Positions 28,591 through 37,829 of a DNA stretch of 64,000 nt are shown piece after piece. The number at the start of each line of letters is the position of its first letter. Positions within the stretch are counted from its first letter, which is position 1. The notes below the pieces were generated by a model, which saw only the letters and a program-made list of their open reading frames with translations, made no database searches and was not told where the DNA came from. Source of the DNA: a virus; the IMG/VR virus record IMGVR_UViG_3300044655_001100, positions 32,187 through 96,186 of that record; one strand, given 5' to 3'. Made by a program: the position numbers and the translations under genes.

Positions 28591-29532
28591 TTCCGCAATT
28601 CCCTAACCATCTTTGGCAGTCTGCCTCTTGCTTCTTTAGCTACACCAACTTCTATTTCCCAATTCTCAAGTAGATTGGCGCATGACTCAATTGCTCGATC
28701 ATATCCGGCATCATAGAACCCAACCATGCCGGCGGTAACGGCTATTTCTCCCTGTACACGCATTTGCTCATAAATGGCGGCATCTAGAACATCCTTGATT
28801 GATCCGTTCTCAAGAACTCTTTCTGCAGCTTCTAATGCTTGGGGTGTCCAGATAACTGCCATGTTATAAACCTCTTGCTATTACGCCGGATCTAATAAGG
28901 TCATTCATTACCATCTCAGCAGCTACGCAAACACTTCTGCCACTTTTAAGGGGGCCGATATAATTAAGAGCAAATTGCCTTCCCAGTTCATATGCAAAGT
29001 TATCCGCATCGTTCATGTATCGATCATAGTGAAACCCAAGTTTTTTACGAACGTCTATAAAACCTTCTTTAAAAGCTTTACTGTTCATCAATCTTCGGAT
29101 GCAATTAAACTCTTGAACTGTTATCTGGCTCATTTCCCCGATCCAAATATTTCCTTCCAAGCTTAGTGAAGGGTAAAAAGGCTAATGTTATAAACACCAA
29201 GCCAATCATAGCGTCAGTGCTGCCATGTACTGCTTCCCAAATAAAACAAGCGGGAATAATCATTATGATTACAGGAAAAAGCCATTCTGTAACGAACAGA
29301 ACGAAGATGATGAAGATTAAAATACCCATTATAATTCATCCATTACACGACGCAGTGCTGTGTCGCAGTTACTGGGAACGAAACCACAGAGCTCAACTAC
29401 ATGAGCGCCTATGGGTATGAGATGCGTACGAAACTTTTCAGCTTCTGCCCGATTGACGAAAACGAATTCTTTATAGATCGTTTCTTGCCTAGTCGGGATG
29501 GCAACCTTTAGCTTAAATATAAATGGTGTCAT
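28587..29532 (-). other. Four short hypothetical ORFs (28587-28862, 28864-29160, 29105-29329 membrane, 29329-29532)
   Basis: Closely coupled ORFs on one strand. Confidence 0.6.
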
Positions 29533-29815
29533 CTAGCACTCCGTTTCTGTTTTAAGCATACCATACATTTTGCATAATCCTATATGCATATTTCCGTAGT
29601 CTGTAAATCAAAGAACTTTTTTTCCAGAGTTCCTGGTTTCCCATGCGATATTTTTGCAAATCATTTTTTCACTTTTGATTTTTTCCCAAGTCCGATGGGG
29701 TATGATTTTTTTAAAAACGAAAATTGGTTTTCCGATTTCGATTCTCCGCAGGTCCGATGGGGTGTCGTTTTTTCAGAATCCAAAATCACTTTACCCCCGA
29801 AATTAATGTAAACGT

Positions 29816-29846
29816 CTGTAAACAATGGTAAACAATGGTAAACAAA
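29816..29846. repeat. Tandem GTAAACAATG repeat
   Basis: gtaaacaatg gtaaacaatg gtaaacaaat. Confidence 0.8.
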
Positions 29847-30251
29847 TGACAACATTAGGCCAAGTCCTATCAATTTTGATTTGATATCTAATCATCTCAA
29901 GTCACTGTTTTCCTTATGCAAACCCCATTTTAACCCTAGCGCATATCGCCTGTAAGCCCCGCCTATGCGTCTTTTTCGGCGCCGCTATATCAGCCTAGTC
30001 TCTAGCCTTTTGGCCTATTTGCGCCGCTCTGAGGCTTGCCGCCGAATATTGCCTAAAGCCTTGTCTATGCTCAAAGCCCTATAGAGCCCCTTGGATAGCT
30101 CTTGATCATGCCTAGGGGTAAACCTAGCCCATAGCCTCAAGCCCTTACCAAAGCGCCACGAATGGCGATTGAGTAAAGCCTCAAATAGGCAAGCTTCTGC
30201 ATTGGCGGCCGTTAGTGTTACGGCGCCTTTTATGTTCAGTTAAATTGGAAA

Positions 30252-30279
30252 GCCCCGCCAAGCCTTTGCCTAGCGGGGC
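30252..30279 (-). terminator. Intrinsic terminator of the early leftward operon
   Basis: GCCCCGCTAG...TTGGCGGGGC followed by TTT on the - strand. Confidence 0.65.
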
Positions 30280-30285
30280 GCCTAT

Positions 30286-30582
30286 CTATTCGCTAAAATC
30301 ATCAATGCAAGCTTGTTCTAAGCTTGAGCCTTCCAGCAAGGCCGCCTCAATAAGGGGGTATAGCCAATGCTTTGAATCAATATTCTGATCTTTGTCTTTT
30401 ACGCTTGAGGCGTAAACCTTGATCGAATTGATTTCGATATCATCAATATAGGGCTCAAAGATTCCAACTTCGGGGTCTTTCGGACGCCTAGCATATTGGA
30501 CATCAGCGACCCCGCTTGCGTATATCGCCAAGCCTTTAACAAGCTCCAAATCATCGAAATAATATTCGAATGTGTAGGACAT
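30286..30582 (-). CDS. Hypothetical early protein
   Basis: Acidic 98-aa ORF. Confidence 0.65.
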   Translation of the reverse strand: MSYTFEYYFDDLELVKGLAIYASGVADVQYARRPKDPEVGIFEPYIDDIEINSIKVYASSVKDKDQNIDSKHWLYPLIEAALLEGSSLEQACIDDFSE

Positions 30583-30810
30583 GATTAGAGCCCTTTCCCT
30601 GTCTCAAGCTTGCGAATGGCTAATCTAATAAGCGCCAAATGCTGGGGGCTTTGATAGGGGCTAGGGTTGATTAGATTGAGCTCTAGCCACTCAATAGGCT
30701 GATTTAAACAAAGGATATAGTATTCTCTTTTTGACATAGTTAGACTCCGTTTTTGTCGCTCTTGATTAAGCGCCTAAAGGCTGCATTTCTGCAGCCCTTA
30801 AACTCTCAAT

Positions 30811-31563
30811 CTAGAAACCCATATCAAGAGTCTTTGGGCATCTCTGAGGGGGCGGCACGAAATCGGGATTTTCGTCTAGGATTGCTTCAAGCTTTTCAAT
30901 TCGGGATTCAGCTAGGCTTTGCTCAAAGCATTCAGAGTCTATAGCCTTCCAAAGCCCCTCATCAAAATCGCCATGCTCAACCATGCTCTCCAGCATGTTG
31001 AAGTCAAGATCATGCTCTCCCTTTAGGAAAGACATTATAAGAGTCCCGATTTCGTTATGATCCCATTCTCGCAAAGGCTTTGCTAACCATGTCTCAAGGT
31101 TATTGGAATAATGCGGAATAAATCCATCCCGCCTTGTAAAGCTTTCCTTGATACATTCATCAAGATCAACAAACAGATTGCGCTTGGCGGCGGCGTAAAG
31201 CTTTGCTGCGTCTTTCATAGAGATTGAGGCGAAAAGTCTGTCTGTCTCGAAATTATAATACCTAGGGCTTGTCATTTTCTCAAAGGTAAAAGAAATCTTT
31301 TCGCCCACAATGTCGGAAAAATAATTCTCAAAGGATTTTAACCATTCCTCTGCCAAATGCTCCCGCCAAATCTGATAGTTTATATTTTGATCAAAGATTA
31401 ATTGATAATCTGCATCATCAAGCCTTTCGTGTGCTTGCAAGCCCTCCTCTCTCTCTTTCTCAATTCTATATTCTATTTCACGCTCTAGGACCGAATCCAT
31501 TTCATGCGAAAGGATTGACTCATAGAAACCAGAAAAGGGGATAGTGGTTGAAAGGTTTTTCAT
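30811..31563 (-). CDS. Acidic phage early protein
   Basis: IPFSGFYES...SPRYYNFETDRLF; GGAGTC RBS sets the start at 31563. Confidence 0.75.
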   Translation of the reverse strand: MKNLSTTIPFSGFYESILSHEMDSVLEREIEYRIEKEREEGLQAHERLDDADYQLIFDQNINYQIWREHLAEEWLKSFENYFSDIVGEKISFTFEKMTSPRYYNFETDRLFASISMKDAAKLYAAAKRNLFVDLDECIKESFTRRDGFIPHYSNNLETWLAKPLREWDHNEIGTLIMSFLKGEHDLDFNMLESMVEHGDFDEGLWKAIDSECFEQSLAESRIEKLEAILDENPDFVPPPQRCPKTLDMGF

Positions 31564-31574
31564 AGCGCGACTCC

Positions 31575-31808
31575 TTAGTATTCGGGATGGATAAATAGAA
31601 CTGTGCAGCAACCATAAGGGCGAAAATCTATCATGTCGCCAAAATCGTTGAGCCTTCCACGTAAACCAGAAAGCCCCAAGGCTTTTTTAGCGCGGCGCAT
31701 AATTAGGGAACGGGGCGCATTATCGGGCGCCTCTATTGTCGCCCTCCTAACCCAAGAATAATTTGACTCGCCGCCGAAGGTATCTGTGTATTCTACGTTG
31801 AATTTCAT
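31575..31808 (-). CDS. Phage early protein
   Basis: EYTDTFGGESNYSWVRR; GGAGTC RBS. Confidence 0.75.
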   Translation of the reverse strand: MKFNVEYTDTFGGESNYSWVRRATIEAPDNAPRSLIMRRAKKALGLSGLRGRLNDFGDMIDFRPYGCCTVLFIHPEY

Positions 31809-31836
31809 AGCGCGACTCCGCTCCAGTTGATTTCAA

Positions 31837-32316
31837 TTAGGCTATGGTTCCGTCTTGATAAAATTCGAATTCATTCATTTCGATGTATTCAGATAAATAT
31901 TCATCTGAATCCCTATGCTCAATCTCATTTTGTAAATCTTTAAAGCCCTCCCAAAGGGCAGCATCGAAGGCGCCCTTGCAATCTCCCGTTTCTTTAAAAT
32001 GCTTATAGAAAGCGCCCCATAGGCTACAGTCTAGCCAGTAGCCTGTCGGCATATTGTGGGGGCTAAAATCTTTAAGCTTGCGCCCTCTAAAATTCTCATT
32101 TGTTGCATCTGTCTTATAGTGTAGGGGGCGATAGCCTCCGATTTCATAGTTTACAAGCTTCACATTAAAGAAATCACAGAAAGCCTTGATAGAGTCCATT
32201 TCATCATCGAATTCAAAGTAGCAATTTCCATCATGCCGCCAATTGTTTAAAACCCTTTCTTTGGTTTCCTGTGATAATTCAGAAAATTTATATATCGTTA
32301 CAGTTGCCTGTCTCAT
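31837..32316 (-). CDS. Acidic phage early protein (resembles a family often annotated antitoxin-like)
   Basis: IYKFSELS...KERV...W; DEY..EYI..NEFEF..DG. Confidence 0.65.
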   Translation of the reverse strand: MRQATVTIYKFSELSQETKERVLNNWRHDGNCYFEFDDEMDSIKAFCDFFNVKLVNYEIGGYRPLHYKTDATNENFRGRKLKDFSPHNMPTGYWLDCSLWGAFYKHFKETGDCKGAFDAALWEGFKDLQNEIEHRDSDEYLSEYIEMNEFEFYQDGTIA

Positions 32317-32463
32317 TAGCGCGACTCCTCTTTTGTGATAGCAAAAAAGCCTAGCAAGATTCCCAATAGAACAAGCGCCAACCCAAAGGCGCCGATAGAA
32401 TAGGCTGCTCTGTCGTCTGGGGATTGATTAAGGATAAAGGTAAGAATAGCCATCAGTGACTCC

Positions 32464-32952
32464 CTATGCGGCATTTAGGAAAGATAAGCCCGACTCTAGG
32501 CTTTCAATTTCATATTTAACTGATTTAATTTTGTCGCTCAGACGGTCTTTATAATATTGCTTTTCATCGAAGCTTCCGAAGAATTTCCAGAAAGCCTTTT
32601 TAGCTTGTTCTTTAGTGCGGAAAGAGTCCTCCATGTGAATTCGCTCGATAACCGTTCCAAATACGTCAAATAGGACGTAACGAAAGCCCCGTTTAGTATT
32701 ATTCATATCCATTGCAGCCGACTCAATGATGTAAAAAAAGGCGCCGCCACCAACGATATTTGCCTCTAATATTTTGGCGTGAAAATATTTTAGAGTATTA
32801 TCATCAGCATAATGAGTGCGCCCCGCTAAATTGCTTTGAGCGTTATTCTTCGCATAGGACGATTTATCACTATAGAGATGGACTCCAGCCTTATTGAGGG
32901 CTTTGGTTAACTCTGTTTCATATGAGCGATTGATAAGGAAAGCATTTGACAT
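32464..32952 (-). CDS. Phage early protein
   Basis: NAQ.NL.GRTHY.DD.TL.YF; GGAGTC RBS. Confidence 0.7.
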   Translation of the reverse strand: MSNAFLINRSYETELTKALNKAGVHLYSDKSSYAKNNAQSNLAGRTHYADDNTLKYFHAKILEANIVGGGAFFYIIESAAMDMNNTKRGFRYVLFDVFGTVIERIHMEDSFRTKEQAKKAFWKFFGSFDEKQYYKDRLSDKIKSVKYEIESLESGLSFLNAA

Positions 32953-32982
32953 GGACATGACTCCGAAAGGTTAGGGGGTTCA

Positions 32983-33022
32983 CTATGCAAAATGTATAGA
33001 ACGAATCCCTTGAGCCTGTCAA
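32983..33022 (-). promoter_or_regulatory. Sigma70-type promoter overlapped by a 17-bp palindrome
   Basis: TTGACA-17-CTATACATTTTGCATAG. Confidence 0.8.
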
Positions 33023-33654
33023 GGCTTAAGGAGAATTAATTTGTTATTTTTTTTAATATTTTCGCTAGCGGGAATGACTTGCAGATTCCACGGGACATGA
33101 AGCCCACTAAATCCTTGGCCTTGCAAGGGGTGTATATGGTCAACATGATGAATGACTCCGCTAGTTTCTGTCATCATCTTAGCGGCTGCATAATACCATT
33201 GGATTTGCGCTAACAGGATTTCATCAAGCCAAGGGGGAGTCGCTGTTAATTTTGCCGCTCTTCTCTTACTAGTGTAAAAAGTTGATTTAGATGGATTTTT
33301 TTCATGCCAAGATTTTAGATAAAGGGGATTTTTATCTCTATATCTTTTGGACTTTTCAGAATATTTCTTGGGATTTTTAATTCTTTCCCTTTTTTCGTAT
33401 TCACTAGCCTTTTTTCGTGATTCGCTTTTATTAGTTTCGTAATATTCTTTTCTGTATTCCTTACATTTAATTTTATTTTTTTCTCGCCATTCTTTTTCTT
33501 TAGCTGATTTTGTTTCTTGGTTTAATTCGTTCCAAGATTTGTGAATGAGACTACAGCAAGCCTTGCAATTATATCGCAAGCCATCTTTCTTTTGTTTGTC
33601 CTTTGAAAATTGTTCAAAGGGTTTTATTGTTTTGCAATTAGAACACTGTTTCAT
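33019..33654 (-). CDS. HNH endonuclease
   Basis: C..C...K...F.KD....DGL...CK.C; ATPPW; HHVDHIHPLQG...SGLHVPWNLQVI. Confidence 0.92.
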   Translation of the reverse strand: MKQCSNCKTIKPFEQFSKDKQKKDGLRYNCKACCSLIHKSWNELNQETKSAKEKEWREKNKIKCKEYRKEYYETNKSESRKKASEYEKRERIKNPKKYSEKSKRYRDKNPLYLKSWHEKNPSKSTFYTSKRRAAKLTATPPWLDEILLAQIQWYYAAAKMMTETSGVIHHVDHIHPLQGQGFSGLHVPWNLQVIPASENIKKNNKLILLKP

Positions 33655-33790
33655 GGCTAATCCTAAAACGTCTTAAAGAATAGGCAAAGCATGGCGAAGC
33701 CCATAACGGGGACAAAGCTTATAGCTGCGATTGTGAAAACGATTGTTTCTAAGATTTGCATTTTGGACATTGTTCGACTCCGTGATTTCA

Positions 33791-33830
33791 CTATACAAAA
33801 TGTATAGGCCCAAAGCCTTGAGCCTGTCAA
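33791..33830 (-). promoter_or_regulatory. Sigma70-type promoter with palindrome
   Basis: TTGACA-17-CTATACATTTTGTATAG. Confidence 0.8.
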
Positions 33831-33839
33831 GGGCTAGGG

Positions 33840-34349
33840 CTAAATTAGATTAGCCCTCTGGAAAGCCTCAAGGCCGTCTTGATAGGGATCATCAGAAATC
33901 TGGAAAAGCCTTTCCATGTCATTGTCGAATTCTGCAGCCTCCTCGTAACTAAAGCCCTTGATATCAAAGCCCTCAGAATCGGGATGAAATCCAATCCCTA
34001 GGCGCTTAGTCCATCTGTCACAAATCCAATCCCGCTCAAGCTTTGAGTCTTTGAGAGCATGGGCTATGTCTTCCCAATCTTCCCCACTAACTAAGGGCTC
34101 AAAATCGTGATTAGGGAGCTCCCGATTCCTATCGCCTTTGATGATTAAAATCCTTGCGTCTTTTGTGTCTAGTTCCCATAGGCTTCGATCTTTGGGTTCA
34201 ATCCAAGCGAATAAGTTCAAGCGCTGGTTGTAAAAGCAAGGGCAGGCGTCATTATGCCAAGACACGTCTTCCCAATCGGCGCCTAAGTCTGGAATATCGT
34301 TGATAGGGAAATACGGAAATTCTAGTTTCCACAGCGGTAAGCTTTCCAT
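33840..34349 (-). CDS. Acidic early protein
   Basis: WEDVSWHNDACP.F; GGAGTC RBS. Confidence 0.7.
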   Translation of the reverse strand: MESLPLWKLEFPYFPINDIPDLGADWEDVSWHNDACPCFYNQRLNLFAWIEPKDRSLWELDTKDARILIIKGDRNRELPNHDFEPLVSGEDWEDIAHALKDSKLERDWICDRWTKRLGIGFHPDSEGFDIKGFSYEEAAEFDNDMERLFQISDDPYQDGLEAFQRANLI

Positions 34350-34370
34350 AATAAGACTCCGTTTGTTTAA

Positions 34371-34407
34371 CTATCCAAAATGTATAGATGGGCTTAGAGA
34401 CTGTCAA
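34371..34407 (-). promoter_or_regulatory. Promoter with palindrome
   Basis: TTGACA-14-CTATACATTTTGGATAG (TTGACA-17-TACATT). Confidence 0.7.
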
Positions 34408-34497
34408 GGGCTAGGGGTTATCGTTTACGATATCTAAGAATCTGGAAGGCTATAATAATTAATAGCCCACCAAAGGCGTAAAGATCGGCGTTTGTCA

Positions 34498-34689
34498 CTA
34501 TATTTCCTCCCGCCAAGGCTTATTGCTATCCTTTTTAATAACCTTATATCCAAGCCTCTCAATCGCGTCCAAATCGCCATATGTTAGGGTTTTTTTATTG
34601 ACCATTTCCGCAAAGATTTTAGCCTTTTCGCAAACGGGATATTGAACAAATCGCCCATATATTGATTTGGTTTCTATAATGATTTCCAT
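34498..34689 (-). CDS. Small phage early protein
   Basis: K.IYG....YPVCEKAK.FA.....KTLT....I..LGY. Confidence 0.7.
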   Translation of the reverse strand: MEIIIETKSIYGRFVQYPVCEKAKIFAEMVNKKTLTYGDLDAIERLGYKVIKKDSNKPWREEI

Positions 34690-34701
34690 GGTTGACTCCT
34701 C

Positions 34702-35010
34702 TTAGTATTGGTTAAGCTTTTTAGCTGTTTTTCCGAATTTCTTGCCAAGCTTTATGAGGGCTTCGCCTAGCTCCCCATCTAAAGCCCATCTAGCGGCCTT
34801 TGACTGCAACCATTCTTGAATCTCTTCGTCATCCCATCCGCGAGAATTCATTTCTGAGGCGATTGCATTCCAAAGGGCATAGGAAGGGGTATTGAAAGAA
34901 TACATAGCCCAAGGCGAGTCAGATTTATAAGGCCCTATATGTCCCGTGCAATCGTATGATTCGCCATGCTCTTGGACATAGTAAGAGGGGGTTTGTTGTT
35001 CAAAAGACAT
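34702..35010 (-). CDS. Hypothetical early protein
   Basis: GGAGTC RBS sets the start at 35010. Confidence 0.65.
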   Translation of the reverse strand: MSFEQQTPSYYVQEHGESYDCTGHIGPYKSDSPWAMYSFNTPSYALWNAIASEMNSRGWDDEEIQEWLQSKAARWALDGELGEALIKLGKKFGKTAKKLNQY

Positions 35011-35038
35011 TGCTAGACTCCGTTTGGTTAGTGATTTA

Positions 35039-35078
35039 CTATGCAATATGTATAGGCTCAAAGCCTTGGCCCTGTCAA
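35039..35078 (-). promoter_or_regulatory. Promoter with palindrome
   Basis: TTGACA-17-CTATACATATTGCATAG. Confidence 0.8.
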
Positions 35079-35088
35079 GCCTCAAGGA

Positions 35089-35274
35089 TTAGTCCGCAAC
35101 CATTTCCCAATATTGAATAAATGCCGCCAAATAGCGCCTCTGATAGGGCGTTAAATCTTGCGCCATGCCTTGCAATAATTCGAGGGCGCACATTTGCGGC
35201 AAACCGTTTTCGATCAGCCAGTGGTTATAGATTATTGAAAGGCTATCTAGGGCTTTTGTGTTATCGTATGACAT
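35089..35274 (-). CDS. Hypothetical early protein
   Basis: GGAGTC RBS. Confidence 0.6.
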   Translation of the reverse strand: MSYDNTKALDSLSIIYNHWLIENGLPQMCALELLQGMAQDLTPYQRRYLAAFIQYWEMVAD

Positions 35275-35284
35275 GCTGGACTCC

Positions 35285-35626
35285 TTATTTTGCGTATGAT
35301 TTGACAACGAAGGCGCCAATTATTGCGCCCATAGGACCGCCAAGACCGAATCCGATTCCGGCCCCAATAATTGCAGCATTGATTTGAACTGATGATTTTT
35401 CTTGGGCCTCATTAACTATGGCTTCAATTTTAGCTTTCTCTTTTTTAGCCTCTAGGTTTTCTTTCATATCTCTTTCGCCTAGCGGCATTTCTGAGGCGAT
35501 TCGCCTAGCTTTTACTTGCTCCCATAGCTCAAAATCGTTTGGGCTTTCTCCCGCCCATAAGCGGCGATTTTTAAGCCACTCTTCCCGCTCCAGATTCCAA
35601 TAGTCGTCTAGGTTATTTTGATACAT
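35285..35626 (-). CDS. Early protein with C-terminal glycine-zipper membrane segment
   Basis: AAIIGAGIGFGLGGPMGAIIGA. Confidence 0.65.
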   Translation of the reverse strand: MYQNNLDDYWNLEREEWLKNRRLWAGESPNDFELWEQVKARRIASEMPLGERDMKENLEAKKEKAKIEAIVNEAQEKSSVQINAAIIGAGIGFGLGGPMGAIIGAFVVKSYAK

Positions 35627-35744
35627 GTCGGACTCCTTTAGTTAAAAAGGCTGATAAAGGCTAAAATTGGCGCCGCTAGGCAAACCATTAAAAAGGCGCT
35701 AAAAGCAATCTCATTAAGTTCATTCATAGTCTGACTCCGTTTGT

Positions 35745-35784
35745 CTATACATAATGTATAGTCTTAAGCCCTAGCAGGAGTCAA
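35745..35784 (-). promoter_or_regulatory. Promoter with palindrome
   Basis: TTGACT-17-CTATACATTATGTATAG. Confidence 0.8.
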
Positions 35785-35861
35785 GGATAAAATGCGTTTA
35801 AATTGATAATTACAAAGAATTAATATTCCAGGCCGCCGGCCTATGGCCCCGGCCCTTGATT

Positions 35862-36299
35862 TTATTGGATTTTCTTAGTATTTTGGCCCTCGTAATGATA
35901 GAGCGAGATGAGCTCTCTGAGGGGCGTAATTATAATTTCGGGGTTATTTTTTGGGGTTTGTAAATCATCAAGGGCAAAGAAATCGGCGCCTTTGGCTAGT
36001 CCGAAATGGGAATCGCTCCAGTGATAGAGGGCAAACCAAGGCTTCTCATTTTGGGCTGATAGCTTGGCAATGGCTTTCGCTGAGCTCTTTTTGAGAGGGG
36101 CGGCGTTTAATTCTGAAAGGGGTTTCTTGATTTCTTGGAATAGGACGAAGCCTAAGAAAGAATCGTCTTTTCTGAGCTCTATTTTGTAAATAGGCTCAAT
36201 CATGTCCAATCGGATTGCCCTTCGAGAATAGGGCTTGAGGCAAAGCCACCTTGCGATTGTGGTTAGTTCAATTAGGTTAGCTTGTTTGGCGGTTTGCAT
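35862..36299 (-). CDS. Hypothetical protein (start uncertain)
   Basis: ORF only. Confidence 0.45.
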   Translation of the reverse strand: MQTAKQANLIELTTIARWLCLKPYSRRAIRLDMIEPIYKIELRKDDSFLGFVLFQEIKKPLSELNAAPLKKSSAKAIAKLSAQNEKPWFALYHWSDSHFGLAKGADFFALDDLQTPKNNPEIIITPLRELISLYHYEGQNTKKIQ

Positions 36300-36353
36300 A
36301 ATTAGAGGCTTAAGATATAATTAGTTTTATAACAAGCCTTTTGGCGGGGATTT

Positions 36354-36841
36354 TTGGCAATGCTAACGAAAGATCAAGAGGAATTCCAAGAGGAATTGAT
36401 TGATTGTCTTTATTGCATTCAAAAGCAATTAGAGGCTATTTCGGCAAGCCTTTCTGCAATGCCTCATAACATAGCTTATATGCAAGGCTATAAGCCTTTC
36501 CCCGCTATTCCCTCGAATAAGGGCAAGGCGCCATCTATTGCGGATGAATCTTAATGAAAACCAATAGGCAATATTTAGAACAAGCGGCAAAGGCTGCTAT
36601 TGAATTGAAGAAAAGGGCTAAGGTAAAGGCTAATGCTGAGGAGCTATTTGATCCTTGGACCGAAATCAATAGGCCTATAAATCTGGAATTTCTTTCAAAT
36701 CTATATTTGCGCGTATTTGATGGGGCTATTTTGGCAAAGGATTTTGGGACAGCCCATAAGGCCACAGAAAGCCTAGAAAGGCTTCATTTTGGCAAAGATC
36801 AATCAAAGCTAGTAAACACTAACCGCAAAGCTAAGAGCTAA
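36354..36841 (+). other. Two hypothetical ORFs (36354-36554, 36554-36841) upstream of terS
   Basis: TAATG coupling. Confidence 0.55.
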
Positions 36842-36845
36842 CCCT

Positions 36846-37274
36846 ATGCCTCCGTTACCTAATCCAAGGCATGAGCTTTTCGCTCAGAATATTGTTAAGG
36901 GCATGAATAGAACAAAGGCTTATGAAATGGCGGGATATAAGAAAGACGACGGAAACGCCACTAGGCTTATGACAGTCAATGACAGTATACCTATTAGAGT
37001 GGAGGAATTGCTAGAGGAGAGTATTCCAAGCATTAGATATGACAGAGAAGAACTCAATAAAGTCTATACTTACCTTTTAAAACGGGCGAAATTGAAGGAT
37101 AAAATTGAAACAGCAAAGGGGATTGCTGATAGTATAGCGCGAGTAAATGGGCTTTTGATTAATAGATATGAACACGGGAAAGCTGGGGAATTTGAGGCTC
37201 TTTCGGATAACGAATTGCTGGAGCTTATAGCGGAGCCTTTGGGGGATTCCCGTTCGGAAGGCGAAGAAAACTAG
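36846..37274 (+). CDS. terS: Terminase small subunit
   Basis: L.NPRHELFAQ....G.....AY..AGY......A.RL; C-terminal LSDNEL. Confidence 0.85.
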   Translation: MPPLPNPRHELFAQNIVKGMNRTKAYEMAGYKKDDGNATRLMTVNDSIPIRVEELLEESIPSIRYDREELNKVYTYLLKRAKLKDKIETAKGIADSIARVNGLLINRYEHGKAGEFEALSDNELLELIAEPLGDSRSEGEEN

Positions 37275-37396
37275 CTCGACTCAAGTATAATTAAGATTGA
37301 GGGGAAATTCCTCTCAAATTGAGGGGAAATTATTTAGAGGCAATCCCGCTCTGTCTTGGGCTTGATAATTGCGCACAAATAGCGCAATAATTGCGC

Positions 37397-37639
37397 ATGA
37401 ATATATATAGACGATATCAGCAAACTGACACGCCAAAGCAATCGGCGCCAAAGCCTAGCGCGACAATCGCCAAGCCTAAGACGGATTCCGCTCCAGTAGA
37501 TTTCAAGATTAAGAGGGGCCGCCCTCGAATAGAGGACAAAGGAAAGACTCTTTCTGATTTAAAGCCTTGGCTATCTTTGGGCATGTGTCGCAGAACTTGG
37601 GAGAAGCGCCAAAAAGAGGAGAGGCTAAAGAATGTCTAG
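37397..37639 (+). CDS. Small DNA-binding protein (RGRP + KPW..LG..RRTW)
   Basis: Paralogous to the next ORF. Confidence 0.65.
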   Translation: MNIYRRYQQTDTPKQSAPKPSATIAKPKTDSAPVDFKIKRGRPRIEDKGKTLSDLKPWLSLGMCRRTWEKRQKEERLKNV

Positions 37640-37829
37640 CGATATCGCCAAGCCTTTTGGCAAACGCAAACGGGGCCGGCCTTTGATTGAGGAGCGAGGG
37701 AATACACTAGAGGCTTTGAAGCCTTGGGATGCTTTGGGCATGTCGCGCCGCTCATGGTATCGGCGGCAATCCTTGCGCCCTGGGAAGCATAGCCTAGAAA
37801 GGCTAGAGAAGGCTATTGAGGGGCTTTAG
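37632..37829 (+). CDS. Small DNA-binding protein (RGRP + KPW..LG.SRRSWYRR)
   Basis: Paralogous to the previous ORF. Confidence 0.65.
   Translation: MSSDIAKPFGKRKRGRPLIEERGNTLEALKPWDALGMSRRSWYRRQSLRPGKHSLERLEKAIEGL

Noticed and set aside
32983-35784. Repeats as a CRISPR array
   Set aside because: Copies are hundreds of bp apart, separated by genes, and match promoter elements; no cas genes
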